A stretch of 64,000 bases of DNA, from NCBI RefSeq assembly GCF_036697365.1, contig NZ_JBAHZA010000002.1, forward strand, positions 390,549-454,548. The letters run 5' to 3'. A program made the translations under genes and the position numbers. The DNA comes from Psychromonas arctica (GTDB taxonomy: Bacteria > Pseudomonadota > Gammaproteobacteria > Enterobacterales > Psychromonadaceae). Numbering within the stretch: the stretch's first letter is position 1; every line of letters starts with the position of its first letter. The notes beneath the pieces are model-generated. The model searched no databases, was not told the DNA's origin, and saw only the letters and a list, made by a program, of their open reading frames with translations. Of this stretch, positions 41,724-51,322 are shown in pieces.

Positions 41724-44700
41724 GTGACTGATAAATCAATGATAGTAGAACAAGCCGTCGCACAAGGTGGCGCTTATGAAATCATTCGTAAACGTCTTGA
41801 AGATCAAGGCAACCAACTAGATAGCTTAACTCAACAACTCAACTTAGATAGACAAAAAGAATTCGGCACTACTGAAATGAAAGTGTTGGGTCGTACTCGT
41901 ATTCGAACAGAACATAATTGCCAAGCAACAGACTTGGTTATCGTTGGTGATTATGTTCTATTTGGTTATAATGTTTTTCTAGGTTTAAAAAAACAAACAG
42001 TACTAAGTGATGTACTCTCACTATTTCAATTAGAGCAAGTCGAACAGCAATATGAACTGAAGCAAGTTGACTTAGATAGCTCATTTCTCTCAGACCCTCG
42101 ATTTATTACTGAATTCCAAGAAGTATATGCATACTACAAAGATGCTACCCTTTCTCAATTAGTATTGAGAAACAATAAACTGTTAGCGGCCTTCAAGATT
42201 GGTGAAAAACTAACAGATATTCGAGTATTTCGCTGGCAAGTAAATGGTAATGATATCGAGTACATCGATAATCGTGGTGAACGAGATTTAAAATTACCTG
42301 ATACACACGACTTTCAATGGAATCGCTGTGGTCGTGAAGATATTATCGATGGGCGTAACCCACATGTTAATGTCCTTGATACCCTTTTTATTGACAGTTT
42401 ACGTGGTGATATCACCATAAAAGTTGAAGATAATACTAATGTGGGACAAGGTATTTACAGCGAACCAGTACAAGAAAGTAATCAGTCAATTAACGATGCT
42501 GAATTTTATTATGCAGATCTTGATCCCATTATTTTATTGAAAATAAGACCTTATCAAGAAGAAAATTATCGATACCTCCTTTTCAATAAAAAAAACCAAG
42601 ATATAAAACGAGTTGATGCTATTGGTGACTCTTGCCAGCAACTCCCGGAGAATCACGGTATTATTTTCCCTGGTGGTTATTACCTTACGACAGGTGAACT
42701 TAAAACTTTTGAGGATGATTTAGAAGGACTAGTTTTTAATAGCAGCATGAAATCACCTAATGGTGAAGATGTGTTATTCGTATTCTATCAACCACATACA
42801 AATATCGTGGCGTTATACCCATATAATTTAATCAATAAGTCATTACAAAATCCAATATTCGGGCATGGTTATGGTTTCTATGAAGATGGCCGTATGATCA
42901 TCTTTTATGCAGAACAAGAAGCAAGCCGTATTCATCCTGTGCAAATTTGGCAAACCGCTTATTACTCAGATGTTTTTGCTAGCCAACAAATTCAGTCCCC
43001 TACCTTCTTCGGGAAAATTGGTAACACCGATCTGGTTCGTGGTATTTCAGAGTTATATACCATCTCAAAGAGTATTCACCAAGAAGCCAGCTCTGCTAAT
43101 CATTACAATGATTTAATCAAACATTGTGCCACTATTTTTGATGCTTATTACTGGTTAGACAGCAAAGAACTTGAGCCAATTCGCAACCTGCTTTATACCG
43201 TAAAAGAAACTTCAGAAGCCGTGATTGATGAATATGAAAAAGTAGAAAGTATTCGTAAACAATCAGACAAAGCATTAAGTGAAGCAAACAAAAAACAAGT
43301 AGAAATATTACGTCAGATTCAGCCTGGTAGTTGGCGTTCACCACAGGAATTTGTGGATGGCTTGAATACCATCTCAGCACAACAAGGACATTTATTAACG
43401 ATTAGAGAATATCGTTATATTGATGTAGAAGCGATTGATGAATTGAACCAAAAGCTGACTAAAACCAGTGAAGAACTGAATCAAAGAACGGTTGAATTTT
43501 TATCGTCTGATGATGCGTTGAAAAGTTATTACAGCGACCTTGAACAGATTATATCAAGCAGTGAAAAGGCCCAATCAACTGCAGAACTATCACCTCAAAT
43601 AGACGCATTGAACGATATTTCACAAGGGTTGGATCTCATTAGTCAGATCATGGCTTCATTAAAAGTATCCGATGCCACCATGCAAACACAAATTGTTGAT
43701 GCAGTCTCTACACTTTACAGCAAAATTAATCAGCAAAAAGCTCAGCTCAGCCACCAGCAAAAGAGTTTTGGTAGCCACGAAGCACAAGCTCAGTTTTCAG
43801 CTAGATTAAAACTATTAAATCAAACTATTCATAACGCATTAAGTCTTTCAACATCACCCGATAAATGTGATGAGCAATCAGCAAGGTTAATGGTACAAGT
43901 TGAAGAGTTAGAAAGTGAATTCAGCGAATATGATCAATTCATTGGCGATATTGTCACAAAGCGTGATGAAATATTTGAATCTTTTGAAACACATCGTCAA
44001 TCGCTTATTGAAACAAGACAACGCAAAGCACAATCACTAGAAGATGCTGCAAAACGTATTTTATCTTCTGTGACTAAACGTATTAATCGTTTTACTGAAG
44101 CCAGTGAAATGAATACTTTTTTTGCTGCTGATAGTTTAATCAATAAAATTCGCGATATTATTGAGCAACTGAACCAGCTTGATAGCTCAGTTAAAGCCGA
44201 AGATGTTGATGCAAAACTCAAAGCTATTAAAGCACAAGCACTCCGTTCTTTACGTGATAAAAGTGACTTATTTGAGGAAGGCGGCAATGTCATCAAGTTA
44301 GGCCCGCGCCACAAATTCTCAGTCAATAAACAAGCCTTAGATTTAAGCCTTTTAGCAAAAGATGAACAAATGTATGTTCGGCTTACCGGTACTGATTATG
44401 AACAAGTGATACAAAACGCTAAATTAGATGACTTAAAACCTTATTGGAACATACATTATCCATCTGAAACAAATTTACTATATCGTAGTGAGTTCTTAGC
44501 TTATTCGGTTTTACAAGCAGCGATTAATCAAACTGATGGCTTAACCTGGCAATCACTTAGCGCTGTAGTGGGAAGCCAAGATTTACTCTCTAAATTAGTC
44601 AGTGAATTTGCGAGTACGCGTTATAAAGAAGGCTATGAAAAAGGCATACATGATTTTGATGCCACATTAATATTAACCAAATTATTCCCAGCTTATGAAA

Positions 44701-46628
44701 CCGCAGGGGTATTTGTTCACAGCCCATTTGCGAGAGGGTTAGCGTGTATTTTTTGGGCGAATACTCAAACAGAAAAGCCTCAAACACTTTGGCATCAAGC
44801 GTGTAAAAACGCCGCTCAAATGCAACGTCTTTTTGGTCAGTTAACCGCTAAAACGACAATCATTAATGAAATTCAACAATCATTAAGCGCTTTTCTCGTA
44901 AAACATCAGTTTGCTGTGCCAACACAAATCATTTCACGTGCAAGTGAATACTTAAGTGAAGAGCTTGCAAAAGATCAAGTTAACTTTGACACCAGTAAGT
45001 ATGCACGTCGTTTGTGTGATGATTTTACAACATATTTAAATACACATGATGTATGGCAAGACTACTTAAAATTATTGAACGAATTACAAGGCGAAACGGG
45101 TAAACGTTGGCAATTAACAGAAAGTTGGTTAACAGCATTTGTTGAGTCACAAGGTAAAACAGACTTATATGAATTTATCGGTGAAGCCATTGGTATCCTT
45201 AATGCAGAAAAACGTATCGACAGAAATGACCGTGAAGTTGATATTCAGTTTACCATTACAGGATTGCTAGGTAATCATCCGCTTATTAAAGAACAAGCAT
45301 TAACCATTCAACTGCCTGATTTTCTGGATCGTAACAATCATTTCCATCAACAAGTGCTACCAAAATACTTAGATTACTTAAGTACGCGCCAACAGGTTAT
45401 GGATGAACAAAAGTCACTACTTCGTTTAGAAGAGTTTAAAGCAAAACCACTTTCATCATTTGTACGTAACCGTCTAATTTCAGATTCTTATTTACCGTTA
45501 ATTGGTGATAACCTCGCCAAACAAATGGGCACAGTAGGGAGCAGTAAGCGTACGGACTTGATGGGATTATTATTAATGATTTCACCGCCTGGTTACGGTA
45601 AAACCACCTTGATGGAGTATGTCGCAGATCGTCTTGGCTTGATATTCATGAAAATTAACTGCCCTGTTATTGGCCATTCAGTGACATCCGTTGATCCAAA
45701 TGGCACAACCGACAGCGCAGCAAAACAAGAACTAGAAAAGCTCAATCTAGCTTTAGAAATGGGCAGTAATGTGATGTTATATCTAGATGATATTCAACAT
45801 ACCAACTCAGAATTCTTACAAAAGTTCATTTCGCTTTGTGATGGCACAAGAAAAATTGAAGGCGTTTGGCAAGGTAAAACCAAAACCTATGACATGCGCG
45901 GTAAAAAGTTCTGTGTTGTGATGGCCGGCAACCCCTACACTGAAACTGGTGAGACATTCCAAATTCCAGATATGTTAGCCAACCGAGCAGATATTTATAA
46001 TCTAGGTGATGTATTAAGCGGTAAAGAAGAGGTGTTTAATCTAAGTTATATTGAAAACGCCCTATCTTCCAATGCAATATTAGCACCTTTAGCCAGTCGT
46101 TCGATGGATGATGTGTATAAATTTGTTGATATGGCAGAGGGTAAAAATGTGGCGAGTACTGACTTTAGTCACCAATATAGTGCTGCTGAAAGTAAAGAGA
46201 TAGTCACCGTATTGCAAAAGCTACAACAAATACAGAGCGTGGTTGCTATCGTCAATAAACAATACATTCAGTCAAGCGCACAAGATCCTAAATACCGTAC
46301 AGAGCCTCCATTCAAGTTACAGGGTTCATATCGTAATATGAATAAAATGGCTGAGAAGATCTCTGCCATTATGACCGATAAAGAATTGGCCGACTTGGTT
46401 GATGACCATTACCAAGGTGAATCGCAGTTATTAACAACAGGCACTGAAGCGAATCTGTTAAAACTAGCTGAATTACGTGGATTATTAACCTCAGAAGATA
46501 ATAAACGTTGGGCCTCTATAAAAGCTGACTTCAAACGTAATTTAGCAATGGGTGGCGATGAAACAGATAGCGGACAACAAATTGTCGGTCAATTGAATGA
46601 CATTGTTAATGCGATTAACAATAAATAA
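41724..46628 (+). CDS. 1634-aa multidomain protein with C-terminal MoxR/AAA_5-type AAA+ ATPase module; function unknown
   Basis: Walker A LLMISPPGYGKTTL, Walker B VMLYLDDIQH, sensor-1 CVVMAGNP, Arg-finger region LANRADIYNL. The N-terminal ~480 aa is beta-rich. The centre (~aa 480-1000) is predicted long alpha-helical/coiled coil. The gene is co-oriented with the flotillin operon, 158 bp downstream of it. Confidence 0.6.
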   Translation: MTDKSMIVEQAVAQGGAYEIIRKRLEDQGNQLDSLTQQLNLDRQKEFGTTEMKVLGRTRIRTEHNCQATDLVIVGDYVLFGYNVFLGLKKQTVLSDVLSLFQLEQVEQQYELKQVDLDSSFLSDPRFITEFQEVYAYYKDATLSQLVLRNNKLLAAFKIGEKLTDIRVFRWQVNGNDIEYIDNRGERDLKLPDTHDFQWNRCGREDIIDGRNPHVNVLDTLFIDSLRGDITIKVEDNTNVGQGIYSEPVQESNQSINDAEFYYADLDPIILLKIRPYQEENYRYLLFNKKNQDIKRVDAIGDSCQQLPENHGIIFPGGYYLTTGELKTFEDDLEGLVFNSSMKSPNGEDVLFVFYQPHTNIVALYPYNLINKSLQNPIFGHGYGFYEDGRMIIFYAEQEASRIHPVQIWQTAYYSDVFASQQIQSPTFFGKIGNTDLVRGISELYTISKSIHQEASSANHYNDLIKHCATIFDAYYWLDSKELEPIRNLLYTVKETSEAVIDEYEKVESIRKQSDKALSEANKKQVEILRQIQPGSWRSPQEFVDGLNTISAQQGHLLTIREYRYIDVEAIDELNQKLTKTSEELNQRTVEFLSSDDALKSYYSDLEQIISSSEKAQSTAELSPQIDALNDISQGLDLISQIMASLKVSDATMQTQIVDAVSTLYSKINQQKAQLSHQQKSFGSHEAQAQFSARLKLLNQTIHNALSLSTSPDKCDEQSARLMVQVEELESEFSEYDQFIGDIVTKRDEIFESFETHRQSLIETRQRKAQSLEDAAKRILSSVTKRINRFTEASEMNTFFAADSLINKIRDIIEQLNQLDSSVKAEDVDAKLKAIKAQALRSLRDKSDLFEEGGNVIKLGPRHKFSVNKQALDLSLLAKDEQMYVRLTGTDYEQVIQNAKLDDLKPYWNIHYPSETNLLYRSEFLAYSVLQAAINQTDGLTWQSLSAVVGSQDLLSKLVSEFASTRYKEGYEKGIHDFDATLILTKLFPAYETAGVFVHSPFARGLACIFWANTQTEKPQTLWHQACKNAAQMQRLFGQLTAKTTIINEIQQSLSAFLVKHQFAVPTQIISRASEYLSEELAKDQVNFDTSKYARRLCDDFTTYLNTHDVWQDYLKLLNELQGETGKRWQLTESWLTAFVESQGKTDLYEFIGEAIGILNAEKRIDRNDREVDIQFTITGLLGNHPLIKEQALTIQLPDFLDRNNHFHQQVLPKYLDYLSTRQQVMDEQKSLLRLEEFKAKPLSSFVRNRLISDSYLPLIGDNLAKQMGTVGSSKRTDLMGLLLMISPPGYGKTTLMEYVADRLGLIFMKINCPVIGHSVTSVDPNGTTDSAAKQELEKLNLALEMGSNVMLYLDDIQHTNSEFLQKFISLCDGTRKIEGVWQGKTKTYDMRGKKFCVVMAGNPYTETGETFQIPDMLANRADIYNLGDVLSGKEEVFNLSYIENALSSNAILAPLASRSMDDVYKFVDMAEGKNVASTDFSHQYSAAESKEIVTVLQKLQQIQSVVAIVNKQYIQSSAQDPKYRTEPPFKLQGSYRNMNKMAEKISAIMTDKELADLVDDHYQGESQLLTTGTEANLLKLAELRGLLTSEDNKRWASIKADFKRNLAMGGDETDSGQQIVGQLNDIVNAINNK

Positions 46629-46712
46629 AAACCCAGATGCATATAATAACTAAAAGCAATAATGCGTTTATCGCTGTGGTTATAAATAATATGACTTTGA
46701 TTGGTTTGATAT

Positions 46713-46757
46713 AACTCACTTATTGCTTCCTTACTAAGGTAGTAAGTGAGTTTTTAC
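46713..46757 (+). terminator. rho-independent terminator ending the yqiJ-flotillin-ATPase operon
   Basis: ctcacttattgcttccttactaaggtagtaagtgag followed by ttttt. Confidence 0.65.
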
Positions 46758-46784
46758 TCGTAATAAAAATTAACTAAGGATTTA

Positions 46785-47060
46785 TTGATGGCTCTTATCC
46801 ATACAACCAGAGATCATAATTTACCGATTTCAGTCTTAAAACAAAAAATTGATAACATAGCCGCGGAGTTAGCCACTGAATATCAACTAACAAGTGAATG
46901 GGAAGATAACTGTCTTTTTTTTCGTCGTAAAGGGGCAAGTGGAAGTATTGAAATTGACGCACAAAGCTTAGAGTTGAATCTAACCCTTGGGGCGCTATTT
47001 AAAGTCGCGAAAAACGATATAGAATCAAAAATAAACAAGATGTTAGATACGCATTTGTAG
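46785..47060 (+). CDS. polyhydroxyalkanoic acid system family small protein (TIGR02610-like)
   Basis: 91 aa. The pattern ELATEYQLTSEWEDNCLFFRRKGASGSIEID...LELNLTLGALFKVAK...IESKI matches the conserved ~90-aa PHA-system family. Confidence 0.5.
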   Translation: MMALIHTTRDHNLPISVLKQKIDNIAAELATEYQLTSEWEDNCLFFRRKGASGSIEIDAQSLELNLTLGALFKVAKNDIESKINKMLDTHL

Positions 47061-47116
47061 TGGTCAGTAAACCTGGCCACGGATTGATAGTCAGTTATTA
47101 GTCGTAAGTAAGTTAC

Positions 47117-47488
47117 TCACTTACTTTTATCTAAAACAGTATAAGAGTGCTCAGGTAACTCAAACATCGCCCCTGTTACAGGATCGACCACGAGCATACC
47201 AAGAAAGCTAATAATGAGAATATTACCAAAATACCATTCATCTAAATTACTGTCTATTATCACTGTTTTTTCAATATACCCTTTTTTGTTTAAAGTGAGC
47301 GTGTACGTCTCTCCTTTATAAAATCCAGAGGACGCATTTAGTATAAGTGAAATAGGCGTTGTACCCGTATGTATTAATGCCCCACTTCTATTTTTAAGTG
47401 TGATATGAGCGTGACTAGGTTCACTGGTAATTTCAACTAAATATCGACGTTCACTAACAATACTTGAACATCCTGATAAAAACGACAC
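47117..47488 (-). CDS. lipoprotein, hypothetical
   Basis: Lipobox-like MSFLSGCSS at the N-terminus. 123 aa. Confidence 0.45.
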   Translation of the reverse strand: MSFLSGCSSIVSERRYLVEITSEPSHAHITLKNRSGALIHTGTTPISLILNASSGFYKGETYTLTLNKKGYIEKTVIIDSNLDEWYFGNILIISFLGMLVVDPVTGAMFELPEHSYTVLDKSK

Positions 47489-47739
47489 GATCAGAATCGC
47501 CAGAATAAAATGAATTATAAATTTTCCATAAATGCTTAAAACAGTGAAAAATACTGAAGTAATATAATTTAATAAACACAGTCATCAATAATAATTAAAA
47601 TTAATTTATAGTGAACACGATCAGAAAGTAACAAATAAATCATAATAACCATTTATTGTTTGCTAATGAATATTACGCGCTTATCCCAAGTAACACTTAA
47701 TGATATGATTACACAACAAAAAATACCAAGGTACAAGCG

Positions 47740-48855
47740 ATGACAAACACTGATGAGATTATTGAAATTGAAAACCAAGATGAGCTAAATTTAGCTGTTC
47801 GTCCTGTTTATATGGAAAATGACATCAACGTTCGTATTGCAAAAGAACAATCGAGCGTATTTGAACTACTTCGCCGTGAAAAACGCGGTGATCTTATCTT
47901 AGCCCCTGACTTTCAAAGAAACGATGTTTGGGATTTAAAACATAAATCAGAGTTAATCGAGTCCATTCTAATGGGATTTCCGATCCCTTTAATTTATCTT
48001 TTTGAAAATGAAAACGGTATTAGACAAGTAGTCGATGGTAAGCAGCGAATTAGCGCCCTAAAAGCGTTTCTCAATAATGAATTCGCCCTCACAACACTAT
48101 CAATGTTGCCAGACCTAAAAGGTAAAACCTTTGATGATATACGCCCTCTTTCACAAGCAAAGCTAGAAGATTACCAATTACATACTTATGTGATTCAACC
48201 TCCCACTCCGGAGTTTGTAAAATTTAATATTTTTGAGCGTGTTAATCGAAGTGGTATCAGCATTAATAAACAAGAGATGCGACACGCCTTGTATCAAGGT
48301 AAAGCGACTGATTTACTGCAAGTACTAGCAGAAAGCACCGCATTCAAGCTGTGCACTGATAATGGGGTAAAACCAGATCGAATGCGTGACCGCTATTTAC
48401 TATTACGTTTTATCGCTTTTTATCTATTAAAGGCAGAACAAACACCTACAACCAATATTGAATACAAGTCAGATATTGACTCTTTTCTCGCCGCTACAAT
48501 GGCATATTTAAACGAGAAAGCATCTGATGAATTAATTCAACATATTACACAAACTTGTTTGCAAGGTATGCACAATATTTACCAAATAATAGGCGATCAG
48601 GCTTTTCGTTTTGATAGCAAAGCCTCGGCACATAAACGCCCTATCAATATCGGATTATTCGAAATGTTAGTCTTTGCATTTGGCCATATAGAGCTCGATA
48701 AAGTGAACATAGAAAAGGCTAAAAATCTCATTAAAGAGAAAAAAGCTTATCTCGATGAGCAAGGTATTTTTGGTGGTAGCATCGATACTATTGAACATGT
48801 AACAATGCGGTTTAACACTGCTCTAGAAATAACGGAAGGATTAACCAATGCTTAA
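47740..48855 (+). CDS. DUF262 domain protein (ParB/Srx-like, GmrSD N-terminal nuclease/NTPase fold)
   Basis: Motifs DFQRNDVW and the DGQQR-type VDGKQRISAL, plus the hydrophobic pattern (ILMGFPIPLIY) characteristic of DUF262. Confidence 0.8.
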   Translation: MTNTDEIIEIENQDELNLAVRPVYMENDINVRIAKEQSSVFELLRREKRGDLILAPDFQRNDVWDLKHKSELIESILMGFPIPLIYLFENENGIRQVVDGKQRISALKAFLNNEFALTTLSMLPDLKGKTFDDIRPLSQAKLEDYQLHTYVIQPPTPEFVKFNIFERVNRSGISINKQEMRHALYQGKATDLLQVLAESTAFKLCTDNGVKPDRMRDRYLLLRFIAFYLLKAEQTPTTNIEYKSDIDSFLAATMAYLNEKASDELIQHITQTCLQGMHNIYQIIGDQAFRFDSKASAHKRPINIGLFEMLVFAFGHIELDKVNIEKAKNLIKEKKAYLDEQGIFGGSIDTIEHVTMRFNTALEITEGLTNA

Positions 48856-49897
48856 GCAACTCGATATTACTAACTTAAAAAGTATTAGTAAAACATCATT
48901 AAAACTTGCTCCTTTAACCATTCTAGCAGGGGCAAATTCCGCAGGTAAGTCCACGGTGATGCAATCACTGATGTTATTAATTAAACATAGCGGATCAAGC
49001 AATCGCTTTAGTATGGAAGAACTATTACGTTACATGAACGATTTCTCAGCTATCCGCAATAAGAGAAACAATGCCAGATCATTAAATATCACCGCCATCG
49101 ATCATCAAGATAAATCCCATCAGATCAACATTAATGCAGATGGCGTAGAAGCTGATAGTCAATTACAGTACATTTATGAGCCGCCAACAAAAATCGCTGA
49201 ACAAGAGCTGCTTTACCTAAATGCAAACCGTATTGGCGCACAAGAATTAGTACCCGTAGCAGATCGTAAAATAGGCTTATTAGGAGAATTTGTTTTTCCT
49301 ACTTTTGATAAAGTGAAAGGTAATATTTTACCCGATGAACTGTTAAAGTTTGAAGGTTCTAAAACCATTTCATACCAACTTAGTCAATGGTTAGCGTTTA
49401 TCACAGGTACTTCGTTAGAACTGCAAACAGAAAAAACAAGCGATCAAGTTAAAGTGTCTTTCAACGTAAAAGATATAGACAGTCAAGTATCCCCTTACAA
49501 TTTGGGTGCTGGCATGAGTGATGTAGCCAAGGTACTCATTGTGTGTTTAATGGCTAAAAAAGGCGATTTAATTTTAATTGAAAATCCAGAAGTACAACTT
49601 CACCCTAAAGCACAAGCCCTATTAGGTGTATTCCTCGCGTTTATCGCCAGTTCAGGCATTCAACTCATTATTGAAACACACTGTGAGCACTTAATTAATA
49701 AAGTAGCTTATCAAGTGTATGAAGATGAAATAGAGAGTGGAGATGTTGTCATCCATTACAAAGGACATGTAGAAGAAGACTTTCAAGCAATCACTATTGA
49801 CCTGAATGGTGAGTTCAACGATCTAGAAGGTAACATTATTAGCTTCCCTGCAGGCTTCTTCGATGTCACCTTGACTGACTTGATGGACATGAGGTAA
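48848..49897 (+). CDS. ABC-like AAA_21/AAA_15 family ATPase with DUF3696-type C-terminus
   Basis: Walker A LTILAGANSAGKST. Walker B/D-loop DLILIENPEVQLHP. H-loop IIETHCEHLI. Its start overlaps the upstream gene by 8 nt. Confidence 0.8.
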   Translation: MLKQLDITNLKSISKTSLKLAPLTILAGANSAGKSTVMQSLMLLIKHSGSSNRFSMEELLRYMNDFSAIRNKRNNARSLNITAIDHQDKSHQININADGVEADSQLQYIYEPPTKIAEQELLYLNANRIGAQELVPVADRKIGLLGEFVFPTFDKVKGNILPDELLKFEGSKTISYQLSQWLAFITGTSLELQTEKTSDQVKVSFNVKDIDSQVSPYNLGAGMSDVAKVLIVCLMAKKGDLILIENPEVQLHPKAQALLGVFLAFIASSGIQLIIETHCEHLINKVAYQVYEDEIESGDVVIHYKGHVEEDFQAITIDLNGEFNDLEGNIISFPAGFFDVTLTDLMDMR

Positions 49898-49904
49898 TTC
49901 GATA

Positions 49905-50654
49905 ATGGCTGAAAAAATGGTTCTCAGCACCTCTTTATTGATTGCCTATGAAAACATGGCGTTTGATGCTCGTCAGTATCAAAAAAAGTATAAGCGTTTA
50001 ATGAAAACCTTATCTTTACCCTATAAAACCAATAAAAGGCAGTTAATTGAGGCAAAAAGCCAAGGGCTTAACGACGTTACTTACAATCGGTTAATGCCTC
50101 AGTTACAGCATCAATCTAATAGAGATGATTCGCTTGAAATGTTGGCAATGAACACCAGTTTAAAAATCATTCTAACGGAAGATAAAGCCGCTAAATTGCC
50201 CTATGTATTTTATCGCTCATCGTTTCTTAGTAATGAATTATCAATTAGTTTGAAAGCAGATGATAGCCGTACTGATTTGGTTAAATACCTACAAATACTG
50301 TGTGCGAGCGCGACTAAAATCACCATTTGTGATAACTACTTTGCACAAGGCTGGGACAACACTCAAAGTTTATTCAGGTTCATATTACCCCGCCATAAAC
50401 TTCAAATAGAATATGTCGAAACCCCACGAGTCATTACAGTGACAAAGAATAGTGCAAAAATGAGTGAACGATTCATGCATAGCATTTGTAAAGAGTGGTC
50501 TATCTGTGAAAGCACAAAATATAAAGGTTCTCACGATCGCTATCTTCTGATTGAATCCCCTCAAGGCAACATTGAAGTAATGCTTTCAAGTGGGTTTGAT
50601 CATATTTGGAAGAGTCGTCCCAAAGAGATTACTTGTGTTATTCGAGAAGCCTAG
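49905..50654 (+). CDS. hypothetical protein, third gene of DUF262-ATPase operon
   Basis: 249 aa with no motif I can recognise. It starts 7 nt after the ATPase gene stop. Confidence 0.5.
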   Translation: MAEKMVLSTSLLIAYENMAFDARQYQKKYKRLMKTLSLPYKTNKRQLIEAKSQGLNDVTYNRLMPQLQHQSNRDDSLEMLAMNTSLKIILTEDKAAKLPYVFYRSSFLSNELSISLKADDSRTDLVKYLQILCASATKITICDNYFAQGWDNTQSLFRFILPRHKLQIEYVETPRVITVTKNSAKMSERFMHSICKEWSICESTKYKGSHDRYLLIESPQGNIEVMLSSGFDHIWKSRPKEITCVIREA

Positions 50655-51322
50655 CCGTTGTTTAACAAACTTATTAATGGTGGGCTTTCTAAGTTTATTA
50701 TTAAACTTGATAAAAATAATCGTAATATAAAAGTTTATTTCAATGTCTTCTGCCAATATCAGTAACCATTGCTATCAATTTACTGACCGTTCATAATTTT
50801 AAAGCTTATAAAGGGCTTAAATTTTTAAGATCCTATAAAGAAAATATTATTAATTTTTCGCATTAAATATCGCACAACCATTCTCCTTAATTGATTACTT
50901 AAGACGATAATATTAAAAATATCCCCTCGTCATTTCTCATCTAAAAATTTACAACTACATCACTATAAAGTGATATTTATTGGCAAGATATAAGCACTAT
51001 TCTTTTACTATTTTTATTAAATGAAACTATTAAATCAATCAACTGTCAGTATCCATAGGACATAACAATCATAAAATGACAGTGTTCATTATTAACTCTC
51101 ATTTTAGCTTCAGTATATTTTAATTAAATAAATTTGATTTTTTATCAATACGCTAATGCAAGTTTGATAGCATTTAATTGTTATTTAGAGTTCGATTACA
51201 CATTAAAAGATCATTATAAATTAGCTTAAATTTTTCAAAAAAATGTAAGAGATAACTAAAACAGCACCCTACTTTAACGATTGGTCAGTTTATTTTAAAT
51301 CATCACTAGAGAGTTTAATTAT

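Noticed and set aside
49905-50654. PD-(D/E)xK or PLD nuclease motif in the third gene of the candidate defence operon
   Set aside because: I looked for D...ExK and HxK(x)4D patterns around SHDRYLLIESPQG and DHIWK. Neither fits convincingly, so the gene is left as unknown.
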